A DNA stretch of 30,382 bases from IMG/VR virus record IMGVR_UViG_3300044681_000392, positions 1-30,382 of that record. One strand, written 5' to 3'. How positions within the stretch are numbered: the first letter of the stretch is position 1; the number at the start of each line of letters is the position of its first letter. The notes under the pieces are model-generated. The model saw only the letters and a list, made by a program, of their open reading frames with translations, ran no database searches and was not told where the DNA came from. The stretch is from a virus. Taxonomy: Duplodnaviria; Caudoviricetes. Made by a program: the position numbers and the translations under genes. Shown here piece after piece: positions 17,721 to 26,500 of this stretch.

Positions 17721-18860
17721 TCATAGTATTGTTATTCCTGCGATTTGTTCAACCTGTTTTACGAGGGGGAATCCGCTAACAGCGACTGGATTTATTGTAA
17801 TCGTTGTACGATTATTTAGCAAGTCATCTGTTACTGTTGCCCCTATAAAATTGAATTTGAGTCTGGCTGGAACTGATCCGCTAGAATCATATTGAACTTC
17901 TTGATAAAATGGACTTGCCCAGGAAGCGACAGACCCATCTGTTGTTAAGAATTTGCCAGCATTTGTACTCTGGCTTGGCAGTGCAGACCCAGATCCGCCT
18001 AGTGATATTACAGACCCGTCTATTGTTATAGAGGAATTTGTAAGAGCGGAATTGGGAATATTAACTAAATTAGCTCCAGAAGTACCAGCGGGCAAAGTGA
18101 CCGTGCCAGTAAATGTTGGGCTATCTATTGGAGCTTTTGTAGAAAGTCCATTTGCAACTGTAGTAAAAAATGTTGGATCATTATTTATTGCAGCTGCTAA
18201 TTCTTGTATAGTATCTAATAAATTTGGAGAAGATCCAATTAGATTTGAAATTCCTGAAGCAACTTCAGAAATAACAAACGCTGTTGTTGCTACTTGAGTA
18301 GTATTTGTTCCAGCAGCTGCAGTTGGAGCTGTTGGTGTTCCAGTAAAAATTGGAGAAACTAATGTTTTATTAGTTACTGTTTGTTCTCCTGTTAAAGTGA
18401 CATTTGCAGCACCTTGAATTGCATCATATAAATCATCAATATCTTGTTGAATTTGATCTTTAATTGCTGCTAAAGCTGACTGCTGATATAAGCCTTCGGA
18501 AACAACTTTTCCTAAAGCCATATTTGTTGTTGCAGTTTCAATTGCCTTCATCTGCAACAGAAGTTCTTTTGAATCTAGAACAGCTGCAGCAACTGCACCA
18601 ACTGCTCCAGTTACTGGATCTCCAGTAACATTGCTTAAAACTGTAAATTGAGTAGATGTTGCAGAATCTACTATTGCATTTTGTAAATTAAATGCCTGAG
18701 TTGATAATCCAGTTATCGATATTACTTGTCCAGCAGAAAAGCTGTTGCTCGCAGTATATGTAACCTGTGTTCCATTTGCAGAGGCAGCAGTTACATTAAC
18801 AGTCAAAGCATTTAATCTTGACTGAATAAGTGATTCTATATTAGAAAAATTTAGTGACAT
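17721..18860 (-). CDS. Tail fibre protein
   Basis: SPIFTGTPTAPTAAAGTNTTQVATTAFV and LDTIQELAAAINNDPTF tail-fibre motifs. Confidence 0.8.
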   Translation of the reverse strand: MSLNFSNIESLIQSRLNALTVNVTAASANGTQVTYTASNSFSAGQVISITGLSTQAFNLQNAIVDSATSTQFTVLSNVTGDPVTGAVGAVAAAVLDSKELLLQMKAIETATTNMALGKVVSEGLYQQSALAAIKDQIQQDIDDLYDAIQGAANVTLTGEQTVTNKTLVSPIFTGTPTAPTAAAGTNTTQVATTAFVISEVASGISNLIGSSPNLLDTIQELAAAINNDPTFFTTVANGLSTKAPIDSPTFTGTVTLPAGTSGANLVNIPNSALTNSSITIDGSVISLGGSGSALPSQSTNAGKFLTTDGSVASWASPFYQEVQYDSSGSVPARLKFNFIGATVTDDLLNNRTTITINPVAVSGFPLVKQVEQIAGITIL

Positions 18861-18869
18861 ATTTTCTCC

Positions 18870-19634
18870 TTATAACGCCGCCAATGCCAGTACTTCTACG
18901 TCCGAAAGCTGTGCTGCCGTAGCAAAACCAGAAGTATTGAAGGCTGTTGTTTGAATTGTATTATCTGAAAACTTTATTCCATTAGCAGATACCAAAATTC
19001 TATTATCTGGATCTGTTGCGGCAACTCCGTCTGCTTGACCGATAGCGCTTGTTGGAATATAGTCTCCAAGGCTGTTTCCTACGTTATCTAGTTGATCTTG
19101 AACATTATCGACGAGACCACTTAGATAATTTATTTCAGTTGCTGATACAGTTACTCCCTCAAGAATATTTAATTCAGCGGCAGAAGCTGTTATATCAGTT
19201 ACATCTGAGATTTGATGAGTATGTGATGAATCTGCTTTTGCAGATAAAAGATTATCTATTTCTGTTTTTGTGTATACATTTATTTCTGTTGGAGAAGACC
19301 ATGTTCCAGCAGATTTTGTATATAAATTTAAATTAGTTATGTCAAAATATACGTCGCCATCTTGTCCATTAGCATTTTCTGGTATTCCTGAACCAAATGT
19401 TGCTGTTGCTACTATGCTTCCGCCTGCGCCAACAATTACGTTACCATCATAATCATGACTGTGATTTACTGTTCCGCCGCCACTTTCACCAGAACCAATA
19501 TTTACCCAGCCGCTTGCAGTATAAACTCTTATCTTTGAATTAACAGAGTTATAATAAATATCTCCTACTGTTGCAGTTGTTGGGTCTTCTAAAAGAGAGA
19601 CTAGGTTAACGGGGACTTTAAATTGTCTACTCAT
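18870..19634 (-). CDS. Tail/virion structural protein
   Basis: 254 aa with fibre-type motifs GDIYYNS, GQDGDVYFD, YTKTEIDNLL, HTHQISDVTD. Confidence 0.75.
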   Translation of the reverse strand: MSRQFKVPVNLVSLLEDPTTATVGDIYYNSVNSKIRVYTASGWVNIGSGESGGGTVNHSHDYDGNVIVGAGGSIVATATFGSGIPENANGQDGDVYFDITNLNLYTKSAGTWSSPTEINVYTKTEIDNLLSAKADSSHTHQISDVTDITASAAELNILEGVTVSATEINYLSGLVDNVQDQLDNVGNSLGDYIPTSAIGQADGVAATDPDNRILVSANGIKFSDNTIQTTAFNTSGFATAAQLSDVEVLALAAL

Positions 19635-19636
19635 CG

Positions 19637-20860
19637 TTATCCTACAATTACTATTCTATATTCTCCATCTGATGGTGCAGCAGCAAATTTTACTGTAGTT
19701 GTATTAACGGAAGTGTGTTCAACATCCGCCTCAACTTGTGCATATGGAGAAGCAGTTTGATAGATTTGAACGGTAACATCTTGTGAACCAAGATTATGGG
19801 TAAACAAGAAATGTGTATTTGTTGGGCTATTGATAGAATCGGCAAGAAGAATACCCTTTTTAAACTTGCGAGTTATCTCATGATAATTTGTACCGTTATT
19901 TGTTAATGTCCACTGATCAGATGCTTCATTCCATAGAATTTCAACATCAGCTTCATCTCCACGCTCTACTCGGATTCCAGCGTCTGCAGTAGGGGCACCA
20001 CTAAAGCTAGTATTAAGATTAATCTTATTATCTTCAATATTAACCTGTGTGGTATTTACTGCATTAATTGTACCTGTTACATTTAAATTACCGCCAACTG
20101 TTAAATCGTTGGTAATCGTTACATTATCTGGAAGTCCAATTGTGACTGTAGCATTTTCTGAACCAGAACCAGATACTGTTATTTCATTATCTGTTCCTTG
20201 AATTCCTGCTACATAGTTTCCAGTTGTTTGAGTTGCAAGGTCTACGTTCTTTATTGTTACATGGCCGTTTGTTACTGTAAAGTCTGCATCTGCAAATGAT
20301 GCGATACCTTTATTTAGGGTAGTTGCATCTTCTCCAGATATTGTGATTGTATTTTCTGTTACTGTAACATCTATTCCTTCTCCGCCAAGAACGCTGAGGT
20401 CCTCGCTAAGAAGAGAAATTGAAGTTGTAGCTCCACCATCACCAATAATATCTAGTGTGGTTGCTACATCTACTTCGCCTGCTGCAGTTAAACGACCTTG
20501 TTGATCTACTGTAAATGTGGGTATCTTGGTTTGTGAACCATAAGACCCAACAACTACTGTTGTATCGTCAAGGTCTATTGTGGTAGTTCCAGCATTATCA
20601 TCATATACTGCTGTTAAAACATTACCACCTAGGACTGAAGATCCAATTACATCTTGAATTACTTCAGTAGATGCCCCCATCGGCATCCATGGACCATCTG
20701 GCGAAGGTAGTCCATTGTAATAATACATTACATTGTTAGTATTATTGTAGTAGAGTTGTCCCGTTACTGGAAATGAAGGGGCATCTCCTATATTTACAAT
20801 TCTAGCATTAATTAACTCATTTTTATTGAGATTAATACTGGTTACAAACAGTCTTGCCAT
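19637..20860 (-). CDS. Tail/baseplate structural protein
   Basis: 407 aa with fibre motifs FTVDQQGRLTAA, LTVGGNLNVTG, DAGIRVERG and a C-terminal THNLG..DVTVQIY domain. Confidence 0.75.
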   Translation of the reverse strand: MARLFVTSINLNKNELINARIVNIGDAPSFPVTGQLYYNNTNNVMYYYNGLPSPDGPWMPMGASTEVIQDVIGSSVLGGNVLTAVYDDNAGTTTIDLDDTTVVVGSYGSQTKIPTFTVDQQGRLTAAGEVDVATTLDIIGDGGATTSISLLSEDLSVLGGEGIDVTVTENTITISGEDATTLNKGIASFADADFTVTNGHVTIKNVDLATQTTGNYVAGIQGTDNEITVSGSGSENATVTIGLPDNVTITNDLTVGGNLNVTGTINAVNTTQVNIEDNKINLNTSFSGAPTADAGIRVERGDEADVEILWNEASDQWTLTNNGTNYHEITRKFKKGILLADSINSPTNTHFLFTHNLGSQDVTVQIYQTASPYAQVEADVEHTSVNTTTVKFAAAPSDGEYRIVIVG

Positions 20861-20873
20861 TTACTTTGCTCCT

Positions 20874-21317
20874 CTAAGACAGGTACGCTGTCCCTGAGAA
20901 TGGTTGAGCCATTGTCAGTGTTAAAGTGTTGTTATTATTATACTCTATTCCTGTTTCTAATATGTCTCCAGAGCTTGTTTTTACAGTTACATTTGGGCTT
21001 ATGCCCATATTATGGTTTATTGCTACAGAATATACGCCATTTACTGGTTCTGGTATTTGTGCCAGCTCCCAGCTATAAATTAGGGAGGCATTTAAAAGAA
21101 AACTATTTGCGCCATCCCAAGTAAAATCTGTAGGCTTTGGTCCATAAAATTTAGTAGTTAACAAATCGTAATAAAAGTCTCCCTCTAGGCCAAGGTTACT
21201 CGCTGGAATTCCATTTCCATTTAGAATAGATCTACCTCTAGGTCCCTGCGGACCAGAAGTGCCTACAACAACCTTATTTATTGTTTCATTGACTACTATT
21301 GTATTATCTAAACTCAT
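20874..21317 (-). CDS. Virion structural protein with a short collagen-like stretch
   Basis: GPQGPRG, GLEGDFYYD and a C-terminal INHNMG..PNVTV domain related to the previous gene. Confidence 0.7.
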   Translation of the reverse strand: MSLDNTIVVNETINKVVVGTSGPQGPRGRSILNGNGIPASNLGLEGDFYYDLLTTKFYGPKPTDFTWDGANSFLLNASLIYSWELAQIPEPVNGVYSVAINHNMGISPNVTVKTSSGDILETGIEYNNNNTLTLTMAQPFSGTAYLS

Positions 21318-21661
21318 ATTGTTACCGACCTACTTAATGTTAAAAATCCTTCTATTAATTTAGTTTTAACAAGATTTGAGTCTGTAATCATAAGATCATA
21401 AGAAGATTTTGGATAGAATAATTTATTTGTCTGAGTAGGAGTCATCCTTATGGTTATTTTTCCATTAGGACCATCTATTGTTATTCCTCCAGATGGAGAA
21501 GTTAACGTAAAGGCTAATTTGCTTCCACCCTTTGTGTCACGAACCTGCATTTTTGCGGTTGAACCAGTTAAATCAATAGGGTTATTACTAGAGTCTTTAT
21601 ACTCTATTGAAAATGTAAAAGTAGCATTTTGATCTACTTCCCAATTTTTTTGTGCTGCCAT
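21314..21661 (-). CDS. BppU-like baseplate/adaptor protein
   Basis: DQNATF..PIDLTGSTAKMQVR..YDLMITD..LIEG pattern. Likely start is the ATG at 21661 behind RBS AGGAG, not the TTG at 21667. Confidence 0.7.
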   Translation of the reverse strand: MAAQKNWEVDQNATFTFSIEYKDSSNNPIDLTGSTAKMQVRDTKGGSKLAFTLTSPSGGITIDGPNGKITIRMTPTQTNKLFYPKSSYDLMITDSNLVKTKLIEGFLTLSRSVTI

Positions 21662-21676
21662 TTGCAAAAATCTCCT

Positions 21677-21722
21677 AAAATAGGAAAACTCCTATGCTCA
21701 TTTTAGCACAGGAGTTCTCCTA
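21677..21722 (-). terminator. Long terminator hairpin overlapping an extended -10 promoter
   Basis: 18-bp stem 21681-21698/21705-21722. Its two mismatches are G-U pairs on the minus strand, and TTTT follows. TGC-TAAAAT (21708-21700) spans the loop. Confidence 0.7.
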
Positions 21723-21735
21723 ATTGGTTATTAAA

Positions 21736-21966
21736 TTATGCGGTTGGCTTTGTAAATCCGAAGCTGTTTTCGTTTGGATTTAGAGCCTTTAGAATAACTG
21801 GCAAGCATGCTGCTATACCACCCTTAATTAAATCTCCTGGGTCAGTATTTCCAGTCATGTAAAGAGCAATAGCGGCACCAAGGAAGTGGCGGCCATAGCT
21901 TGCTAACGCTGCTAGAATTTTCTCTTGCATTGTTACCTTTCCATCATTGTTTAGATCTTGTTTCAT
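21736..21966 (-). CDS. Holin-like small membrane protein
   Basis: 76 aa with two hydrophobic segments (ILAALASYGRHFLGAAIALYM; LIKGGIAACLPVILKAL). RBS AGGAGG. Resembles actinophage holins. Confidence 0.6.
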   Translation of the reverse strand: MKQDLNNDGKVTMQEKILAALASYGRHFLGAAIALYMTGNTDPGDLIKGGIAACLPVILKALNPNENSFGFTKPTA

Positions 21967-22034
21967 AAGACCTCCTATTTCTGGGCACGGTGCCCAGGAA
22001 TTTTAGGGTTGCCCCTAAATCTATTATACGCCTA

Positions 22035-23969
22035 TTATGCGGAAATGTCTACAATCTCGCAATTTCCGTCTGAAGTACATGCTAGGCTTTGTGTTCCAGT
22101 AGTTCCATCTTCTGTTTCGTAAAAAGATAAATCTTCCCAGCGAATTGATGACGGCATTTTAGCAAGAAGTTCTAGGTATTCTGTTTCTGTGACCTCTTGA
22201 TAAGGAGCCTGCTTATACGAATGATCTGAATGCGGTAGGAATGAAATCCCTGATACCTCATCAAAATGCTTATATACCCAAGCACCTACTTCCATCCATT
22301 CATCTTCTTTAACAGATACAGTAATAGATGGTTTATGCTCACACCATTCACGCTGATACACAAGCCATGTATTTAGGTGATCAATAGCTGTAAGATCATC
22401 ACGAACAATTGCCCCTTCTGGTGCTTTTACTGGAAATGAGAATACATAAGTTTGATCTGGTTTCATAAAATCATCTTCGCATGGAATTCCAACTTCTTTT
22501 AAGAAAGTTGAAAGTGGATCTTTTTTGTCCCCACGAACTGTGCGAATATAGTATGGGGAATGCCAAGGGTGCATACCTGAAGATACCCCTGTTAGCTGTG
22601 AAACAGTTCCCGATGGCTTGACGCAAGTAATTGCAGCAGACTCATTGATTCCAATCTTTGCTGCCTCTTCTTTATTTGTTTCTCTGGCGTAAGCCCTCAT
22701 GTCGTTTAAGAATTGACCTAGGCCTTCTAGATCCTGCTTACCAGACATGAACTCATGTCCAAACTGTCCAGTTATAGAAACGCCAAGCAGTCTTTCTTCT
22801 TCAGTATTATCTTTCCAGATTTTACGAAGATACTTGAAGTCGGTAAGTGTTGATTGCCAAGTTCCAAGTATTGTTGCTAGGGCTATTTTCCTCTGTATGT
22901 CTTTTCTAGAGTCGTGCTCTCTGATGACAACTTCAGAGAGATTGCAAAATTGATACGGGCGAAGAATGATTTCAGAACAAGGATTGGTACCATAATGAAT
23001 ATCAGGGTCCCTTCTACCAAACTTAGCGGCCTGTGATTGTGCAGCCTTGACATTGTATATACCTCTTTCTCCAGACTTTGAATCATATAGATTTTTCCAC
23101 TCAGCAATAAACTGCTCCATCTCTGGTTTACGTGAATATGCTACTGAATTGTTTGAAAGTGCACGTTGAGAATTATTCTCCCACCAATTTCCTGACTTAG
23201 CCTGTGCCATCTCTATATCATTAATATTAGAAAGTGAAATCATAGCGGAACGACGAACTCCACCAACTACCACAACTTCGCCAATTTTACACATAATGTC
23301 ATGAGCCTCAATAGGCTTTAACTGACGGCCTGCTGCTGATTTAAACTTTGCAATTGTAAAATCAAAAAGATTAATTAATGGCTGGGGTCCAGATGAACGG
23401 CCCCCCATTGTTTTAAGACGTGCGCCTGCTGGGCGAAGTTTTGATACATCTATTGCTGGGACTTGTCCAGCCCAAAGCATTGCAAGAAGTTCACGATAAG
23501 CCTTTGCCCAACCAGACTTTGAATCTTCAACTACGATAACAGTTGTAGATTTTTCAAATGACTCTGGGACGGCGGGAAGTTTATTAACATACTTATACTC
23601 TACAGAGAAACCTACTCCAGTTCCACACATAAGAATATACATTGTTTCATCAAATGAACGTGGGTTATCTACTGGAACAAATGAGCAGTTATATCCTGCA
23701 ACATGATCTCTGTCAAGAGCAGCACCTGCAGTCATTACTGCTCGCATCGAAGGCATTACATTTCTATTATAAACAGCATTTTTAAGTTCTTCTATAAGTT
23801 CTGTAGATGGCTCATAGTTATATCTTGTAAATAAATGATCTAGCATAAATGCAAAATATCTATCTACTGTTTCACCCCATGTTTCACGACGGTTTTCATC
23901 AGATAACCATCTTGCATATCTTGATAAAGCAATAAAATTTTCATAGGGGTTTTCAATAACTTTCGCCAT
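22035..23969 (-). CDS. nrdJ: Class II (adenosylcobalamin-dependent) ribonucleotide reductase
   Basis: Active-site motif TNPCSEI, VVVGGVRRSA, CVKPSGTVSQL and C-terminal redox cysteines ACTSDGNCE. No beta-subunit gene is adjacent. Confidence 0.92.
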   Translation of the reverse strand: MAKVIENPYENFIALSRYARWLSDENRRETWGETVDRYFAFMLDHLFTRYNYEPSTELIEELKNAVYNRNVMPSMRAVMTAGAALDRDHVAGYNCSFVPVDNPRSFDETMYILMCGTGVGFSVEYKYVNKLPAVPESFEKSTTVIVVEDSKSGWAKAYRELLAMLWAGQVPAIDVSKLRPAGARLKTMGGRSSGPQPLINLFDFTIAKFKSAAGRQLKPIEAHDIMCKIGEVVVVGGVRRSAMISLSNINDIEMAQAKSGNWWENNSQRALSNNSVAYSRKPEMEQFIAEWKNLYDSKSGERGIYNVKAAQSQAAKFGRRDPDIHYGTNPCSEIILRPYQFCNLSEVVIREHDSRKDIQRKIALATILGTWQSTLTDFKYLRKIWKDNTEEERLLGVSITGQFGHEFMSGKQDLEGLGQFLNDMRAYARETNKEEAAKIGINESAAITCVKPSGTVSQLTGVSSGMHPWHSPYYIRTVRGDKKDPLSTFLKEVGIPCEDDFMKPDQTYVFSFPVKAPEGAIVRDDLTAIDHLNTWLVYQREWCEHKPSITVSVKEDEWMEVGAWVYKHFDEVSGISFLPHSDHSYKQAPYQEVTETEYLELLAKMPSSIRWEDLSFYETEDGTTGTQSLACTSDGNCEIVDISA

Positions 23970-24026
23970 TTTTGAGTAAAGCTCCTTCTCCGCCTTGCGG
24001 TTAATATAAAAAATGAATAGGTTCTT

Positions 24027-24035
24027 ATTCTACCA
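24027..24035 (-). promoter_or_regulatory. Extended -10 promoter for nrdJ
   Basis: TGG-TAGAAT about 58 nt upstream of the ATG. The leader carries RBS GAAGGAG. Confidence 0.55.
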
Positions 24036-24061
24036 AACTTTATTTAGCGTGGGAAGAGGTT

Positions 24062-25057
24062 TTAAAATTTTTCTTCTAAATGTTTGAATGCATTCTTAGT
24101 CAACTTAACCCAATTGTATTCTTCATGTATTTCAGTTGACTGAGCATAATAATAACCAGAATATGCTCTAAAGTTTTCAGTAACATCTAACATTTGTTTT
24201 TCAAGATGCTCTTGATCTGGTTTAAACATTTGACCAACATGCGGATCTCCAACAGCTTTTGGCAAAGTCTCATTAGTAAGTGTAGACTTTAACTTTAAAG
24301 GGCCTATATATTTTTCATATTGTGCCCAAGGATAAGTTGTTATCGTCGGCATACCGCTTGCTAATGCCTGCAATGGGATAAACCCAAAACCTTCTCCCCA
24401 TGTAGGATAAACTAAACAATGGTGGGTATGATAAAGATCTACAAGGTTTTTAATATCGAACTCATCTGTTATTATTGTTATATTAGAATACTTTTCGTTT
24501 GGCATTATTGCATTACCAAATTTATCATAATATCTTAATGTATGAGAATTGTGAGCTTTTATGGTTAGTCTGTATTTAGGATTATTTCCAAATAGTTTAG
24601 TGAATGCCTGTAAAACATTTTCTCCGCCCTTTCTTGGAGCGGGCTCTCCAACATGCAAAAATCTAAATGTATCTCCAACTACCCTGCGATATGGTTTCCA
24701 GATATCTTCTATTCCATGTGGATATACTTTTATATCTTTTGTTACCCCATTATTTTTAAAAACTTCTGCATTCCAATTTGATGTGGCCCAAACTTCATCG
24801 CAATCATTATTATAGGAATTTACCCAATCTCTTCTCATTCCTGTAGATTCCCACGGAGTATAGCCAATTTGGTATTGATTTCTATGTAATTTAAAATGTT
24901 GAGGCTGTGTAAAATTTAATTGTATTTGAGCTTTGGGGTCTGACCAACGAACTTCATGTCCTAATTTATGCAAAGAATTAACTATATTTTGTGCGGCGTA
25001 TCCAAATCCAACAGAAGGATTTAGCCCAGAACGGGGAACATACAAAGAAATACGCAT
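24062..25057 (-). CDS. Glycosyltransferase family 4 (GT-B)
   Basis: YTPWEST, YPHGI, FLHVG..RKG and LVYPTWGEGFGFIPLQALASGMPTI. Likely start is MRISL at 25057. Confidence 0.88.
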   Translation of the reverse strand: MRISLYVPRSGLNPSVGFGYAAQNIVNSLHKLGHEVRWSDPKAQIQLNFTQPQHFKLHRNQYQIGYTPWESTGMRRDWVNSYNNDCDEVWATSNWNAEVFKNNGVTKDIKVYPHGIEDIWKPYRRVVGDTFRFLHVGEPAPRKGGENVLQAFTKLFGNNPKYRLTIKAHNSHTLRYYDKFGNAIMPNEKYSNITIITDEFDIKNLVDLYHTHHCLVYPTWGEGFGFIPLQALASGMPTITTYPWAQYEKYIGPLKLKSTLTNETLPKAVGDPHVGQMFKPDQEHLEKQMLDVTENFRAYSGYYYAQSTEIHEEYNWVKLTKNAFKHLEEKF

Positions 25058-25077
25058 TAAATTCCTAGTCAACTAAC

Positions 25078-25107
25078 TTGACAGTTGCTCACCGCCAATG
25101 CTATTAT
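25078..25107 (+). promoter_or_regulatory. Sigma70-type promoter, divergent from the GT4 gene
   Basis: TTGACA (25078-83), 18 nt, TATTAT (25102-07) with a TGn extension. It overlaps a minus-strand TATAAT (25111-25106). Confidence 0.65.
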
Positions 25108-25139
25108 TATAGTTCGTTATCTCTATAGGAGGAATACCC

Positions 25140-25712
25140 ATGGAGAATATCAAACAACGTTTGAGCGAAGTTGCTCATAGTTGGACATCTATAGGAATGA
25201 TAACATTATTTCTATTTGGAGTCCAGCCCCAAGCAATAGAAACTCAAGCAAATGCTGTGCAGCCAGAAATAGCTGTAGAGCAAGTAGTACTACCGAAACA
25301 ACTGAAAAGAGAAACGCTGGAAAAATTCAGCAACACTGTATACAAGCCTTCGGAGACACTTACAGATAAAGAACTTAAAGAGTTATTAAAAGCTGTAGGT
25401 TTTGAAGGAAAAGCCCTTAAAACGGCTTGGGCTGTTGCTAAGGCAGAGTCTAATGGTAGACCGATGGCTTACAACGGTAACAGGAATACTGGAGACAGTT
25501 CCTACGGAATTTTTCAGATTAATATGTTGGGAAAACTCGGCATTGATCGAAAAGAGAAATTCGAACTGCGATCAAATATACTTTTATTTGATCCTGTTAT
25601 AAACGCAGAGATAACGTATTACATGACTCAAGGCGGAAATGACTGGAGCTCATGGACATCCATTAGGAGTGGAGCCACCCAAAGATGGTTGGCAAAGTTC
25701 CCTGAACAGTAA
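25140..25712 (+). CDS. Lysozyme-like lytic transglycosylase (SLT/Rpf-like fold) with an N-terminal hydrophobic anchor
   Basis: Catalytic AES, SYGIFQIN and DWSSW motifs. N-terminal WTSIGMITLFLFGV. RBS AGGAGG. Confidence 0.85.
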   Translation: MENIKQRLSEVAHSWTSIGMITLFLFGVQPQAIETQANAVQPEIAVEQVVLPKQLKRETLEKFSNTVYKPSETLTDKELKELLKAVGFEGKALKTAWAVAKAESNGRPMAYNGNRNTGDSSYGIFQINMLGKLGIDRKEKFELRSNILLFDPVINAEITYYMTQGGNDWSSWTSIRSGATQRWLAKFPEQ

Positions 25713-25727
25713 GAATGGAGAAAGTCA

Positions 25728-25940
25728 TTGAAGATACAAATAGTATCTAAATATTTGGCTTTAGCAGAAGAGGGCCTTGTTCCTGGAATATCATGTCCAG
25801 TAGATCAAGGCCTTCTTATGCCTAATTTAGATTTAAATGATACAATTTACCTATATTGCTTATCTTGCAATTATAAAAACAGTATGGGGTTAGAAGTTTA
25901 TGACAGAATCGAAAGAGCCGTTAAAGCAAATACAAACTGA
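25728..25940 (+). CDS. Small zinc-ribbon-like protein
   Basis: CPVD...CLSC. TTG start with GGAG upstream. Confidence 0.65.
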   Translation: MKIQIVSKYLALAEEGLVPGISCPVDQGLLMPNLDLNDTIYLYCLSCNYKNSMGLEVYDRIERAVKANTN

Positions 25941-26016
25941 CGGTGGAATAATAATAGAAACAGACCAAATGGGTCGAGAGAAATTCTGGGAAGACTTAGG
26001 AAGACCTAATGACTGA
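25900..26016 (+). CDS. Small hypothetical protein (38 aa)
   Basis: MTESKEPLKQIQTDGGIIIETDQMGREKFWEDLGRPND. It bridges the gap and overlaps both neighbours. Below the ORF-track cutoff. Confidence 0.55.
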   Translation: MTESKEPLKQIQTDGGIIIETDQMGREKFWEDLGRPND

Positions 26017-26221
26017 AAAAGAGAAATCGCAAAATTTAGAAGATAACCTAGATATGGTTAATTATATTATGCTACACCGCATTTATGATATATTAACACT
26101 TATTGCAAATAAATTGGTGGGACCAGAAGATACATCCAAGCTTATAGAATATCACGATCAAGGATTTTTATTAGGTCCCACCCCATCATATACGCCAAAC
26201 GAAACTGATGAAAATAACTGA
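26009..26221 (+). CDS. Hypothetical protein
   Basis: 70 aa with AGGA upstream, in the operon. Confidence 0.7.
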   Translation: MTEKEKSQNLEDNLDMVNYIMLHRIYDILTLIANKLVGPEDTSKLIEYHDQGFLLGPTPSYTPNETDENN

Positions 26222-26375
26222 AGACGATTATATAACATATTATGAGAATATTTTAGATGTATGCAAGTCTTGTGACTTGTATTTTGAAGATGAAGATTCT
26301 TGTCTTATAAATAATAAATTGGTTTTTGAAATTGTAAAATCAGAGTCTCCAATTTGCCCTATAGGTAATTGGTAG
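26208..26375 (+). CDS. Small four-cysteine protein (CxxC...C...CPxGxW)
   Basis: 55 aa, MKITEDD...CKSCDLY..SCLI..ICPIGNW. Below the ORF-track cutoff. Confidence 0.65.
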   Translation: MKITEDDYITYYENILDVCKSCDLYFEDEDSCLINNKLVFEIVKSESPICPIGNW

Positions 26376-26377
26376 TG

Positions 26378-26406
26378 TTGACTTTAGTATAAATAAATAT
26401 TATACT
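26378..26406 (+). promoter_or_regulatory. Near-consensus sigma70 promoter driving a small RNA
   Basis: TTGACT (26378-83), 17 nt, TATACT (26401-06). Confidence 0.8.
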
Positions 26407-26412
26407 AATATG

Positions 26413-26500
26413 GTATGGGTTGCAGCATTCCACTTTGCTCCCCGTACATGTGCTTCGGCGCAGCAAGTCCCAATCGGATCCGCCTCTGATTGGGATTTTT
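26413..26500 (+). ncRNA. Unclassified ~88-nt structured small RNA
   Basis: It has its own promoter and no credible CDS, with three hairpins including a C(UUCG)G loop and a terminal 11-bp stem followed by U5. Confidence 0.7.
26468..26500 (+). terminator. Intrinsic terminator of the small RNA
   Basis: TCCCAATCGGA-tccgcc-TCTGATTGGGA-TTTTT. Confidence 0.8.

Noticed and set aside
23970-24061. Cobalamin riboswitch or NrdR box upstream of nrdJ
   Set aside because: The leader is too short and I see no B12-box or NrdR palindrome, only a small CCGC/GCGG hairpin.
46-24815. Many plus-strand and alternate-frame ORFs in the track (e.g. 46-324, 5022-5420, 6593-6862, 8461-8805, 10228-10617, 17953-18297, 24561-24815)
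   Set aside because: They are shadows of long biased-codon minus-strand genes, with no RBS or protein-like motifs.
25108-25139. c-di-AMP (ydaO) riboswitch ahead of the Rpf-like gene
   Set aside because: The predicted leader is only about 25 nt and lacks the conserved motifs.
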